64,000 nucleotides of DNA from Catajapyx aquilonaris (taxonomy: Eukaryota): contig KZ538002.1 in the NCBI GenBank assembly GCA_000934665.2, positions 124,001 through 188,000 on the forward strand, in the 5' to 3' direction. Below, in pieces: positions 38,201 to 49,810 of this stretch. The translations under genes and the position numbers were made by a program. Numbering within the stretch: position 1 is the stretch's first letter; each line of letters opens with the position of its first letter. The notes below the pieces were generated by a model. It worked only from the letters and a program-made list of their open reading frames with translations, searched no databases and was not told where the DNA came from.

Positions 38201-41200
38201 TAACGAGACAAGAGTCATTTTCCACTCTGAACTGTCCGTCACAACGACTGAAAGATTAGCAAAGCCAGCAGCTGTAATTACCAACACGGAGGAAAGGCCG
38301 CGAAACAATGCCGAGACCATGGTGCAGGTTCCGACACTGTTCACTGGCGAGAATTGCTTCTAGCGTGAGCGAGAAGCCGATGCTCGAACCCCATTGGTCA
38401 GTTGACTCGCTGACGCCACCGCGTGGTGTTGAATGGCAGGTAGGGCCACGTGTGAGTAACGCAACAAGTGCAAAGTACGACGGGGTCCGGCAGCGATCGT
38501 GTATGCAAGGCGCGGTACCGGCAAAATGACATATTGAATCACCTCAAACTGATTACCCGTACTGTTAATGTACGGTACTTTGGCATCCACACGCGTTGGG
38601 CCCAACCCCGACGGGGGTAGAAAACCACGGCTCAATTCATGTCATACCCAACCCCGGGAGCACCTGTCACTCAATCAAACCCGGCTGAACATGACCGAAA
38701 ACCCATGCAACCTGCAACACTCGGTATGCCCAAGTGTTGCACGTTGTTTACCGAACGGACCTCCCGAGGCTCGAACCCAGGCGGTCCGTTCCATGATTGA
38801 TTCCATATGTCCTTGCTTGACCCTGTCATATGGGGTCATCCTGGGTTGTGACCAACAGTTGAAGGCCAGAATCTTCCAAAAACGATTCTTCTTTCTTTCA
38901 CCTTCTTCTGCCCCCACCAGTCCCCCGACATTCCTCACCCACCCCACGTGACTGTTCCCCCAGCGCCCATTACCAAGTCCCCCCTTTTCAGGTATGAGGG
39001 GAGGAAGAAGGTTGAGAAACCCCCCTCCGATATCATGGGGTTGGTCCCCGTCCACACTTTTGGGCCTCGGTGCGGTTGACTATAAATCAGAGGCTGGTGC
39101 GAGAGGACAACAAATGAGGGAGCCTACTTCGCACGCCTGTTACTTTCAGAGGGCTTCTTTCTGTTGGGGGACTACTGCATCGTCTCCAGGAAATCATTTC
39201 GATTTTGTTTTAAATGTTGGCGTATATATACGGACATGATTCGGAGGTTGTTTTTGCAGACATGAGTGACCTCCCAGGTAAGTTGTGTTGACAACATTGT
39301 TGGTCCATCAGGCTTCTTTTTCTCTAGCAATCGGTCGATCAATTGATATCAATCACGAACATCAACATGCGGGTAAAAGGCATGGCCGTGTGTGTGTGTG
39401 TGTCAGGGCGAGGCCAACAATTTTTTTTATTAAGCCAAAGTAGCAGTCTGTGACTTCCCATGTGGAAGCCGCGGGTCAAGAACCCGCGCCAGATACAATT
39501 ATTTATTGGCGATGATCGTATCAGCGTTTGAGGTAATCGCAATCAATCAAAGTGCCTCACGAAAACCCGTTCAAACTCGGGCAAAAATCTCGTCCTATCC
39601 CCGCATTACTGTCCCATGACAACAGGTGGCGCTTGGGAGAAAATATCTCCCGCCATTTTTTTCAAAATAAAAAAGTGGGCGCGACATTATTGATAAAAAT
39701 CACAGTGTAATCAACCGATGGGAACATTGCACCGCTACCAAGCTATGCAGGAAGACATCTTAATGACTCACGAAGATTCTCGCGAAATTACGGCGGGGCC
39801 AGCAATTTATTTTTACGCCATATTGCCACTTATGTCCGGTTTGGCCATGCATAAAAGGGCAAAGAGGATGGACGTTGAAAAAAAAGTAATTGGGAATTTT
39901 CCCGTAACGGCTTTGTGGACAAGAAAATAATTCCCGCTTGGAACCCATCACTATTAATCACGGATAAGTCGATAACTCAGTCACAAAGTTTCGCTATTTT
40001 CATCTCTTCCCCCCGCCGAAAGATAATCATCAGCAATGCTGCGTGTAATGAGGGGCTACTTACCGCGATTACCCAGGTATTTCTGATTAATACAAAGATG
40101 CAGCCTGATTAGCATAATTCCCCTTTCCATATAATCATTACGGTGTAATTATTAAAATGGACGCGAAGGGAAAAGAGGGGACCGAATTTCCTACGTAATG
40201 AGAAAGCAGACATGTCCGTACCATCCAAAAAAAGTTGATAGGTTTGGGTCATATGAGATACCTGAGAGCTCAACGTCCCGGGACCAGCTTCTTTTTAACT
40301 CATCCGGTCTTTTGCGTGAGAGCCTGTTCGCACTTGAGCCGCCCCTCAGGCCATCTTGGGGTCCTCAGGCGGCTCACTATGTTCTGGTGGTCATGTCGAC
40401 CCGAAATACCGTTACTGATCTGGCATAAAACTTGATGGCAAAGGTGTCGTAAACTGCGGTGCCGAAAATTCTTGGGGGGTACAGTCGGCAAAACCAGGTG
40501 TAAATGCGTGGGGTCCAAAATTAGGGGGAAACGGAACCACGCAGTCACACCTCAGCCTTTCGTACGGTACCTCATGTGTCACGCTACTGTCAAATTCACA
40601 CTTTTTCTACAAATTTTTCCACGTGCCGACAGTGTCAGCAATCATTTCCTGATCACAAAATAGGGTACATTTCAATCACTCTATCTTTCACCAGCTCCCA
40701 ACGTCGGTGCAACAAAGGAAAACACACCCTTGCGGAAAATCCCCTGGAGGAGGACATAATAGGAAGAGACGGCACGTTGCTAGATCAAAGGCAAAAGGGG
40801 GAAGGGGGATCCCCACCCGACAAAGGAACCACCAAAGAATTTCGGGACAAAAGAGCCCACAGAAATTTGCGGCTGTAAAGTGCGGATGGGGGGGGGNGTG
40901 AGTGTCGTAAAAGTTTTCCAAAAACTGGACTTTTTCCTCCCCAAAATGCGATACCGGCATATAAGGCGGTTTCAAAATAAAAGGAGGGGGGAGGGGGACT
41001 GATCGCAAACCGTTTGTGTAACAGGGCCGAAAACATTAAAAAGGCCCACCTAATGAATCCCAATTTGATGCAGAAGGGGCGAATTAATATTTGCCGCCAG
41101 CAATACGTGAGGAACAAAAACCAGATAAGGATCGGAAATATCCTGGAAGGTAGGCCCCAACGACGAATTATAATCGTTCATTCTTGGGCTTTAATTTGTA

Positions 41201-41417
41201 CAGATTGGACAACGTGCAATTTTCAGCCTGATTTTTTCTCTTCTTCACTAATAACTTTGGATCTTGAGTCAACATGCCAGGTATTTTAGGGTGCTGAGCA
41301 TATGGGCTACCTCTGATTGTTCAAATAGGGCTTATGAGGCCATAAATTTGGGCCATATTAGGCTGGAAACACATGGTAGTCAACACATGCACACAAGAAA
41401 GGTGTTAAGATGCCTAC

Positions 41418-43193
41418 CTTGAGGATGCAGTGTCCTATCTCCTCGTTTTCGGCCACGGTCACGTTGTAGAAGCTCTGGTCGAAAATGGGCTCGTTGTCAT
41501 TGACGTCGCGGATGGTGACGGTGACGGTGACCGAGGCGGCCAGGGGCGGATTGCCATTGTCCGTGGCTACCACAGTCAACTGCGGCATGGGATCTGTCTC
41601 GCAGTCGATGTGAGCACGTGTGGTGATGAGCCCGGTCCTGCGGTCAATCTGAAACCATTCCGAGTGTGTTTCAGGTGTGTCGCGGATGGCGTAGGTGACC
41701 ACGGAGTTGTTGCCGTCGTCCCGGTCTACAGCCGACACTTTGAATACCGACGTGCCCGGATCGGCCACCTCCAACACGTTAGCGTAGTACACGGTCTTCT
41801 CGAACTCGGGAGCGTTGTCGTTGACGTCCATCACGTGCAGGTAGAACGTCTTGGACGTGTTCAGTGGTGGACTACCTTGGTCTGTGGCTATCACGCTCAG
41901 GGTGTAATTCGGACGCAGTTCCCTGTCTAAAGGTTGCGACACTATCACCAGGTATATGATATTGTCGCGCGTTGTGAGTCCAAAGTGGCCGTCGCCTCCT
42001 TCCAGAGTGACATTGACGTTGGCGTACTCCTCTTTAGAATCGGGGTCGTGCACGCTGATCCTGGCCACAAACTCACCCGGTTTGGCATTCTCGGATATTT
42101 TGGGGGTGGCATCGTCGCTGAGGAATATCAACCTGATCACCGGCTGGTTGTCATTGACGTCGGTGACGCGGATCGAGACGAACGCGGTTGTTTCCAGGGG
42201 TTGTGCGCTGTTGTCACGAGCGACTACCACTAGTTCGTGTACCTCCTTGGTTTCAAAGTCCAATGCACGGTTAACTGAGATGACACCTGTCGTCGGGTCT
42301 ATCCGAAACATGCTGTCCTTGTCGCTTTGACGCCTGTTGATGGAATAAGTGACGGCACCGTTCTCGCCAGAGTCGGTGTCTGTGGCGAACACCTGCAGCA
42401 CGCTGGTGCCGACGGTGGTATTTTCAGTCACGGTGGCAAAGTACCGACTTTGGTTAAATATGGGCTGGTTGTCATTGACGTCTTGTATGGTTATGTTCAC
42501 TCGGATGGACCCTTTGAGTGGAGGCGTGCCACCGTCGAATGCCTCAATGACTAAACTGTACGACGGGGTCGTTTCCCGGTCCAGGAAACCATTCACCTGC
42601 AGGTCGAGATACAACACACCATCTCTTTCCCTGTGCGAAGACAACCTGAACGCATTGTTGATGTTCCCACTCGCGATGCTATACCTCTGAGTGTTGTACA
42701 CACCCAGGTCCAAGTCCCTGGCAGGATACAATGTCCGTTTCACATCCCTAGGAGTGTTTTCCGGGAACTCGATGGTCATCACCGGGGAAGGAAACGTCGG
42801 CGCATTGTCGTTCTCGTCCCTGACCTGTATCACCACTCGGATGTTCTCACCACTGAGCGGTATAGCCACCAGGGAGTAGGAACTCCTCATTTCTCGATCC
42901 GGCACAATCCTGGTACGGATCTCGCCCGTGGACTGATCAATGTGGAGGTCCGAGTCCACTGCGCTGCCGGGCACAGGGACAATCAAATATGGAGGCGGAG
43001 GAGGGCCCGGAGGACCAGGCCGATCCTCGCCGATGAACCCGATCCGGGTTCCCGCCGGGACCCCTTCGGACACCTCGAACTCCCGGATGTATTCGGCGGC
43101 GATGAGACGGACTGCTAAGAAGGACGCCAAGAGGCCCACCATCAGGGGACCGGCTGTCATCTTCAGAGTACAGCTCCTAGCTACCCGGCTCAT
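41418..43193 (-). CDS. ds: Dachsous protocadherin, first large coding exon (signal peptide + cadherin repeats EC1-EC5 + start of EC6; about 592 codons)
   Basis: The ORF has a hydrophobic N-terminus (LMVGLLASFLAVRLIAA) and five DxND-terminated cadherin repeats with PE/DRE/DxD motifs. Segments such as AFRLSSHRERDGVLYLDLQ, QPLETTAFVSIRVTDVNDNQP and HIDCETDPMPQL match arthropod Ds as I recall it. The exon ends ...CILK (AAG)|GTAGGC at 41418/41417; the last 19 aa of the listed ORF are intron read-through. An in-frame TAG lies 7 codons upstream of the ATG. The true start could be a downstream Met (43160 or 43142). Confidence 0.95.
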
Positions 43194-43219
43194 CTGTAGT
43201 CCCTTTGGGCACTAATTGG

Positions 43220-43291
43220 TCACCTCCGCCACATTTCTAAGGGGGACTCCAGCTCCGGTTCCATCCTTCTCGCCTCCAGGTGCGATACCAT
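43220..43291 (-). other. Upstream ORF in the putative ds 5' UTR (MVSHLEARRMEPELESPLEMWRR*)
   Basis: Three in-frame ATGs, out of frame with ds. The TGA at 43222-43220 ends 26 nt before the ds ATG. Confidence 0.5.
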
Positions 43292-43300
43292 GCACAGTTT

Positions 43301-43320
43301 CTGAAATGGACACAAATGGT
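43301..43320 (-). promoter_or_regulatory. Probable 3' splice acceptor of the first ds coding exon (exon would start at 43300)
   Basis: Minus strand ACCATTTGTGTCCATTTCAG|AAACTG, 107 nt upstream of the ATG. Confidence 0.6.
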
Positions 43321-43451
43321 GTAATCTAATTTGGAGGAAGTGGAACATTGACCCAGCCCCTGTCACTCCTACCCCAGCCTTATAAAGACCCATGTGAGCT
43401 TAGTTGCTCTCCCCCACCGATTTGGCGCTGGTGTCTCTCCACAGTCCCCAA

Positions 43452-43452
<1 letters not shown>

Positions 43453-43539
<87 letters not shown>
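43453..43539. repeat. (TAA)29 microsatellite
   Basis: Direct reading. Confidence 0.99.
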
Positions 43540-45559
43540 GCGAATGCAGGGTGGTGTTAAAAAGAAAGAATGCCGCCATCAGAAATGATGAAGGGCCCCG
43601 TGCTTTTGGATGCAAGCTGAGAGGTCGAAGCTGTCCTCCGATCCTCACTTCCAATTAGCTCTCGTGCCTAATAGAAATTTGAAAAAATTGCTGACCAAGG
43701 CCAACCACCTAACTCGATTACGGCGTACGTGTCGCTTTTGCCCGGTGCTACCACATATCTATACGCAATCGCTTCAATCAATAGGGGATCCCCATTTTCG
43801 CCATCAATTTATACAGCACTATAATGCCCCCCTTCGCTATTCCATCCGGACCAAAGAAAAGGGGAGTAACATCCAGCCAAGAAGATAGTAAAAAAACACA
43901 GGGGGGGGGGNGGGGGCAAAAAGGGCCAAAAAAGCCTCATCTCCATGCAACTAGGGCTATAACCAAGCACGACAAAATTAGCCGCGCCTTTTCCATGGCC
44001 AGTGCAAGTGGCCGAACCCGGTCCCAAGGCATTTGGGGGGCTTCTCGTCCATTGCCCTTTCAATAGTCAGGCCCCCTCATCGCCTTGATGATGTGGTTAT
44101 GCAGCATTTCCCCTCTTTGCCTGCTCACACGGACTCCTGATTACTAGATTACTTTCTAGCGCCACTATTATTAACGGAGATTAAACTACAAAAATTATCC
44201 TGCAGTTTATGCCACCGTCTCCGCCATCATTTTTTTTTCGTTCTCTCTCTTCTTCCGAAGGGCAGGTCCTCCACAAGGACACTGTTGTCTCCTGTAGTTT
44301 TTGGAGACAACCGCTTTTATGGCTGGTAATAGTGAAGCACCGCACAAATTACCCGATAATCATTTGAGGGAGGAGTCCGGAGTCTTTTTTTTCTGCCTTT
44401 TTGTAACTGATTACGGTGTGTGCAACCAAGATGAACGATTTTTAACAGCTATTTTATCCGGCGAGAAAATGTTCCCAGGCGTGGATCTCCTTTAATTAAC
44501 CTTTAAGGAATGAGGATTAGAAAAGTTGGAGAGGGGAGAGATTCGTTGCAGTGAGGCTGCGGGGCACACAACACAGGACGCCTAAATATGCCGACAGGTG
44601 CCTCCACAATAGGTGCCTAATTAGCCGTGTCAGGGCGCTTCTGTTTTGTTTGAGAGGGGAGGCCATGATACGTGGGGCAACACCAAATTGTCATTGTTTG
44701 CTTGGGTTTGACTCACAACACAATGTTTTTTCCAAACAACCTATTGGGAGCATTGTTGTCAAACACTGCGCATTGTCCACTGCTTATTAATGCAACAAAA
44801 TGATAATTTTTGGCGATATTCTAGTTCCGTTCCACTCTTCTATTCGAGATAAAATAAACTAGTGAAAAATGTACCTAGTAGTGTTGGTCAGTGTTGAATT
44901 TCGCCCCACATGGCCGCACTACTGTTAACAGCACCTCTGCCACACCCTGCCCATCACCCCCATGCAGATTGAGTAGTTGAGGTACGGGGGGGTGAGACGA
45001 GCAGGGAAACCGTCAATCCATTTACGAAGCGCCGTGACGGCACAGCCCAGTGTAAAGTAGAGTCGTGACCGGCTCCAAACCGCAGAGTATTCAATTGTAC
45101 CGGCCAGTATTACTCAAGTTTTAAGCTCCGGGGATCAAAGTGCGGCCGGATTGTCTTTTTTTTGCAGAAAATAAAAATATATGTATGGAGAGGACTAAAG
45201 TGGACTTTAGGGAACGCCCCAGTGCTTTTTGGGGGCAAGGTGGTTTCCCTGTTTTCTTGACACCGGTGGAGGTCATCATACAGAAGGTCACGGGACTCTT
45301 TCAAGGCCCCCCCGCTGGACATTATGTTCACGACTTTCCAATTTTGCGTGATTTTTCAACCCTGCCAATTGAATAGGCAACGACGGGAGAGGGCACAACA
45401 CCATTAGTAGGGGGTATACCATTTCATTTTTTGGAGGATGGTGTTAATTTTGCGGCCAAATTAAAATCCGCTAATTTTAGAAATGCGGAAAATATTGCCA
45501 AGTGACTCACCTCGAGTCAAATATTGTCTAGAATATTTTAGCTGTCACCCGGTTCGGTT

Positions 45560-45860
45560 ATGCAACTCTATGGCACGCTAGGCAAAGCTCAAATGCAATA
45601 ATGTTATGTACCGCTATGCAATTCCTTGCAGCAAACGTAGGCCATGTTTGCCTTTGGCACGAACTACTTCGAGTAAAGGTTTTGCAGCACTCACGGTATG
45701 CGCGTTTCCTGGACAATAAACACCAGATATTCTGTCTAAATAAGTATAACTGCCGCAGTAACCTTTCCAAAGTGTAATTGCATTTCGTTTTATTGCCATA
45801 CCACGATTCAGTGCTAGAAATATGCAGGACAATATGAATGCCGTTACAAAATTTCATGGA
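45560..45860 (-). mobile_element. Decayed L2/CR1-group LINE fragment (post-RT region)
   Basis: SWYGNKTKCNYTLERL...YRECCKTF resembles the WYGNxT...LxR...YRxSCKxLF region. Confidence 0.35.
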
Positions 45861-46420
45861 CTGTTATATGACAAAACGTGACAGACATTTCCTTTGCACT
45901 TAAAACACAATTAAATATTTAAATATATGCGACGTCGTCCAAGACCACCCTCGACTTAATGTATTTCAGAACTCGCCACATTTGATTTTTACATATTAGC
46001 TGTATACTGAGGTTAAAGTATACTGTACAAGTAGCTAGAGATTAAAATAGATCAATCATTGCGGAGTATTTATTTATGTACACGCATGCTATTCTCAGTC
46101 CGTGGCCAGCAAAATACATTAAAATATAGGGTCTCGGGTGCTAAACATATGGCAGTCTGGTCGTTTTGGAATACTAGCTAGGACAAAAAATGTATGTCAT
46201 GTTATGGTGTTTTCTAAGACGAGTTAGGCAGCAGGTTGTCGGATCGCTATTCTGCTGTTATCTAATTTTTTGTGGATTGAAGTAATATTTAACGCCTAGG
46301 TGTCAATTACTTTAAAAACTCAAATATTATGACATCATTTTGTGGCTACTATTCAGCGAATTTACGTTCAATATTCAGCATTGGAAAAGTCTTCCTCATG
46401 GGGTTTTCGCACAGTTGTTG

Positions 46421-46421
<1 letters not shown>

Positions 46422-46480
<59 letters not shown>
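46422..46480. repeat. (TAT)n microsatellite
   Basis: Direct reading. Confidence 0.99.
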
Positions 46481-47600
46481 GGAAAGGAATTTTCGACATT
46501 TTCAGGTTAAGCCGCGTAGGCTTCTAAATTTAAAAATAAAATACATCCCCTTTAGCGCATTGTAGGTATAAGGTACTAGGAAAAGTTCAGTAATTACGTA
46601 TAAAATGACCCGGTTAACAAAATACTTGACAAGTCCAGCACACAAAATCGGCCATATTGACCACATTGTAAACACTGTAAGAAGAGAGCATTGTGCACAT
46701 ACAATAAAGCAAGAAGTATTCTTCTATTTTGCCCTTACAATGCTTAGCACTTTTCACATGAAAATATACGGTACCGGCACTTATCTAAATTTTCACACGA
46801 TCTGTATACAGCAAAACTGCCAGCTTTGGTGAAACAAACTAAACACCATGTGAGCTACTGCTAGTACTAAAATTTCAAATATTCTAACCAAGACCTAACT
46901 TTCCAAGCTAAAAATGCAAGACAAACTATACACGCCACATAAGAGTTGTTATAATATAAATGTGCAGGCCTCTCTCCTAAATATATAAGTTAAATTACAT
47001 TTAGATTAATATTAGCACCGATTGCACCACAGTCATAAGACAGGATGTGAAAGTACATTACATTAGTTCACGAAAGGGCACGTGCTCTGCAGGTATAATA
47101 GATTAAGTAAAGATTCCAAGCTGAATCATTTGCATATGTAAATTTACAGTACCGTAATCTTTTCAAGGTAGAAATTTATATATTTTCCCGTCAATTTTAT
47201 GACGGAAAGTAATAAAAGTTGATTGCAGAGTGAGATGATCTGTATCGCTATAAAAATGAAGGGAGTGATTTCCCATGTGCACCCAGCTGTACTGTATATA
47301 CAATATGTATTACGTGATGTATTTCACACATTGACTACATCATATCACACCAAATTACTTAATGAAACTACACACGTGATCGGCAAGAAAAAAATATATA
47401 CCAAAGAAAAATCCTGGCTGGAATCAGCCTGGAATTTGGGTGGTGTTGACCTCCCCCCTAAATGACCTCTGGAAAAACTTAAGGAAAAACAAGTGGCGGG
47501 GTCTAGAACGAGTGACGGCGGAGGGGGGGCAAACGGGCGGTGGGGGAACCCAACCCCAAGGATGGCCAGGGCCTGAGTTCTCTTTCTCACCTGAGCTTAC

Positions 47601-47950
47601 CTGTGAAGGGAGTCGATGGCCGCTGAAGCCACCCCAAACACACACCTGCGCGATTTCCCCACCCAACACTCGCACACTGGTTCAACCAGAAAACCAATCC
47701 AGCAATACAAACACACACTCCCACACTGCACTGCCCCACACACAACAATCCAGAGTGAGGTTAATTGTTGGCGTGTCCCAAGAATCAATGGCTGAATGGG
47801 CTTGGTAGACCAAGACCTTACGAAGGTCTGGCTGACACTGGTCTTCAAGGGCTCACTACTCGCTTCCCGCCGCCACCACCCTTCCCCCCTCCCTTCCCCC
47901 CTCCCTGCTCCAGGGAGAGATCACGTGGGCTCCAGCTCAACCAATCACAC
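47601..47950 (-). promoter_or_regulatory. Candidate ds non-coding 5' exon and proximal promoter
   Basis: Strong donor CACAG|GTAAGC at 47601/47600 and a second CAG|GTGAGA 10 nt on. The exon-like sequence is GTG-rich. Upstream are G-tracts (47879-47905), CACGTG (47922) and CCAAT (47941). The TSS cannot be determined. Confidence 0.4.
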
Positions 47951-49586
47951 AGGAGCAAGGGGGTGCCATTGTTTATAGGGATATAGAAGATGGGGGTCGC
48001 GCCGGGTTTGACCCAGGAGGGACCAACTGGGATCTAATTGTTCACGCCCTCCTGAGGTGTCTGGGGACATCTTGGGGGTGCTGTCAACGGGAACTGCTGC
48101 CACTTTTTTTACTCAAAAATATGGTGTGTATGTCTGTCACTTGTTCCAGGTCATCTCCAATGGGGTCCATCAGAGAATGTTTGCGCCAATTGAATTTATT
48201 GCGGGATTGATGTACTATTTTTACCGCATGTGAGACATCATTCCAGTTTCACGTTCTAAGACCATAAAAATTACGCCATAAAAATGTTATAAGTCAGTGT
48301 GGGAAGGAATTTTAGAGCGGAAATATGAACAAATGTTTTTCACACTCTTCTTAATCTGCTTTTCTGTACACATGGTCGTGTGAACGCCAATTGAGTATTC
48401 ATTTCAGTTTGTGATTTTTATGCACTCAACTGCTTATTATTATGCAGTTACCAGAAATATTAGTCCTTAATCATAGGAAATGCTCATCTTTTCAAATACG
48501 CGACAAAAATAATATATAATAAAAATAATCCACCGTATTGGACAAGACGTTAGCCCACAATAGTATCGGCATCAATGTCTCGTAAGCTCGTAATTTGTAA
48601 AACTTCTAAAAATACGTAAAATATTGCACGCATTTTTCTCCTTTAAAAATAAATTTTAGGTCTCATATCCCAAACTTTATGGGACTGACGGTTTTATTTT
48701 TGGGTTTTATTTCATGACTCGAGAAATTCCCATGTTTTATTTTACGTATGCCCTCCCTTAATTACTTATGGAAATGAATAATCATAAAAACAATGTAGTA
48801 TCGAGCGTGCTCAGTCATAAATCTGACTAATCCAGGCATATTCGCTAGTAGGGCGTGTCAATAGTGTACGGAATTCAGGGAAGAAGATTTGAGCACTTGT
48901 TTGAAAAGACCTGGAAAAGACCCTGCATTATAGTTCACTTACAAGGAGGCCACAAAATAATAAATAAGGAGCTCCAAGATTAAAGCAAATAAGTGATGTT
49001 CAAATTTGTTTGTTAGGCTTTGAAATAAGCCCCGCAGATATTTAAAAAAAAACTCGCATTGGCATCCGAGGACAAGGGTACAGAAATTTTTCTATGGGGA
49101 AATATATCTGCAATGCCCAGAGGAGGAGAATGTCATGAGAATTTTTAATAAATAGTATACTTAGTACTGGCATTCGTGTATACCTTTACAGATTAGTTCG
49201 GTTAGACTGTAATGCATGCATAGAGAGACTAATCAAAAGTACAGCATAATTTCAAAAGTTTTCATGCATTAATAACTTGACCTAAGGACTTGATAAAAGC
49301 TCTTCTTAAATAAATGAATATTTATTTTTGGACTTAGTATATTTTCACTGGTCGAAAGTGTTTGGGCCCGGACTTATATCCTTAACCCAGCTCTTGATAT
49401 AGCTGTAAATTATGGTTGTAGTGGTCAAAAATTGAATGAAGTATTCGTGAATACTTAAAATGCAGAACGATCAGAAACTCATTGAATGACTTCGAGAAAG
49501 TGTAATAATTATAATTCTCCAATAAAAACCGTTTTAAGAACACGCTTTATGAGGTAGCGAACTCGATTCTGAGAGCCTGTCACTAC

Positions 49587-49770
49587 GCCGCGCCGTCTGG
49601 TGTGGAGGTTGCGAACTCACCGACTCACGTGACTACTACCGCTATCTGGCGTGGAAGTTGCGAAGTCACCCCCTAACGTGAATACCTACCGCTAGATGGT
49701 GTGGAAGTTGCGAAGTCACCCCCTAACGTGAATACCTACCGCTAGATGGTGTGGGAATGGCTAACTCACT
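49587..49770. repeat. 50-bp tandem repeat, about 3.6 copies
   Basis: accgctagatggtgtggaagttgcgaagtcaccccctaacgtgaatacct; units at about 49587 (diverged), 49638, 49688 and 49738 (partial). Confidence 0.95.
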
Positions 49771-49810
49771 GCACGCGTACTCACACACATCCGTGGCGGT
49801 GAAGCTAATA

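Larger units (their letters stand above)
1..41417 (-). other. ds: Giant ds intron (phase 0), continuing beyond the left edge of the window
   Basis: GT donor at 41417-41416. No downstream cadherin exon is recognisable in the ORF track or by eye between 1 and 41400. Confidence 0.75.

Noticed and set aside
38708..38746. Small hairpins (14-bp stem here; 9-bp stem at about 40334-40376) as miRNA or structured RNA
   Set aside because: The stems are too short for a pre-miRNA, and I recognise no mature miRNA sequence.
41358..41417. C-terminal 19 aa and stop of the 611-aa ORF
   Set aside because: Read-through past the AAG|GTAGGC donor; cadherin similarity stops at CILK(V).
41430..43215. Several plus-strand ORFs (up to 166 aa) overlapping the cadherin exon
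   Set aside because: Antisense shadows of a GC-rich coding exon, with no recognisable domains.
43394..43658. Poly-Asn/poly-Ile ORFs (and poly-Phe/Ser/Leu/Glu ORFs at 26773-27213)
   Set aside because: Translations of trinucleotide microsatellites.
49587..49770. Regular repeats as a CRISPR array (also considered for 24149-24780 and 54506-54729)
   Set aside because: Contiguous tandem units without unique spacers, no cas genes, and a eukaryotic context.
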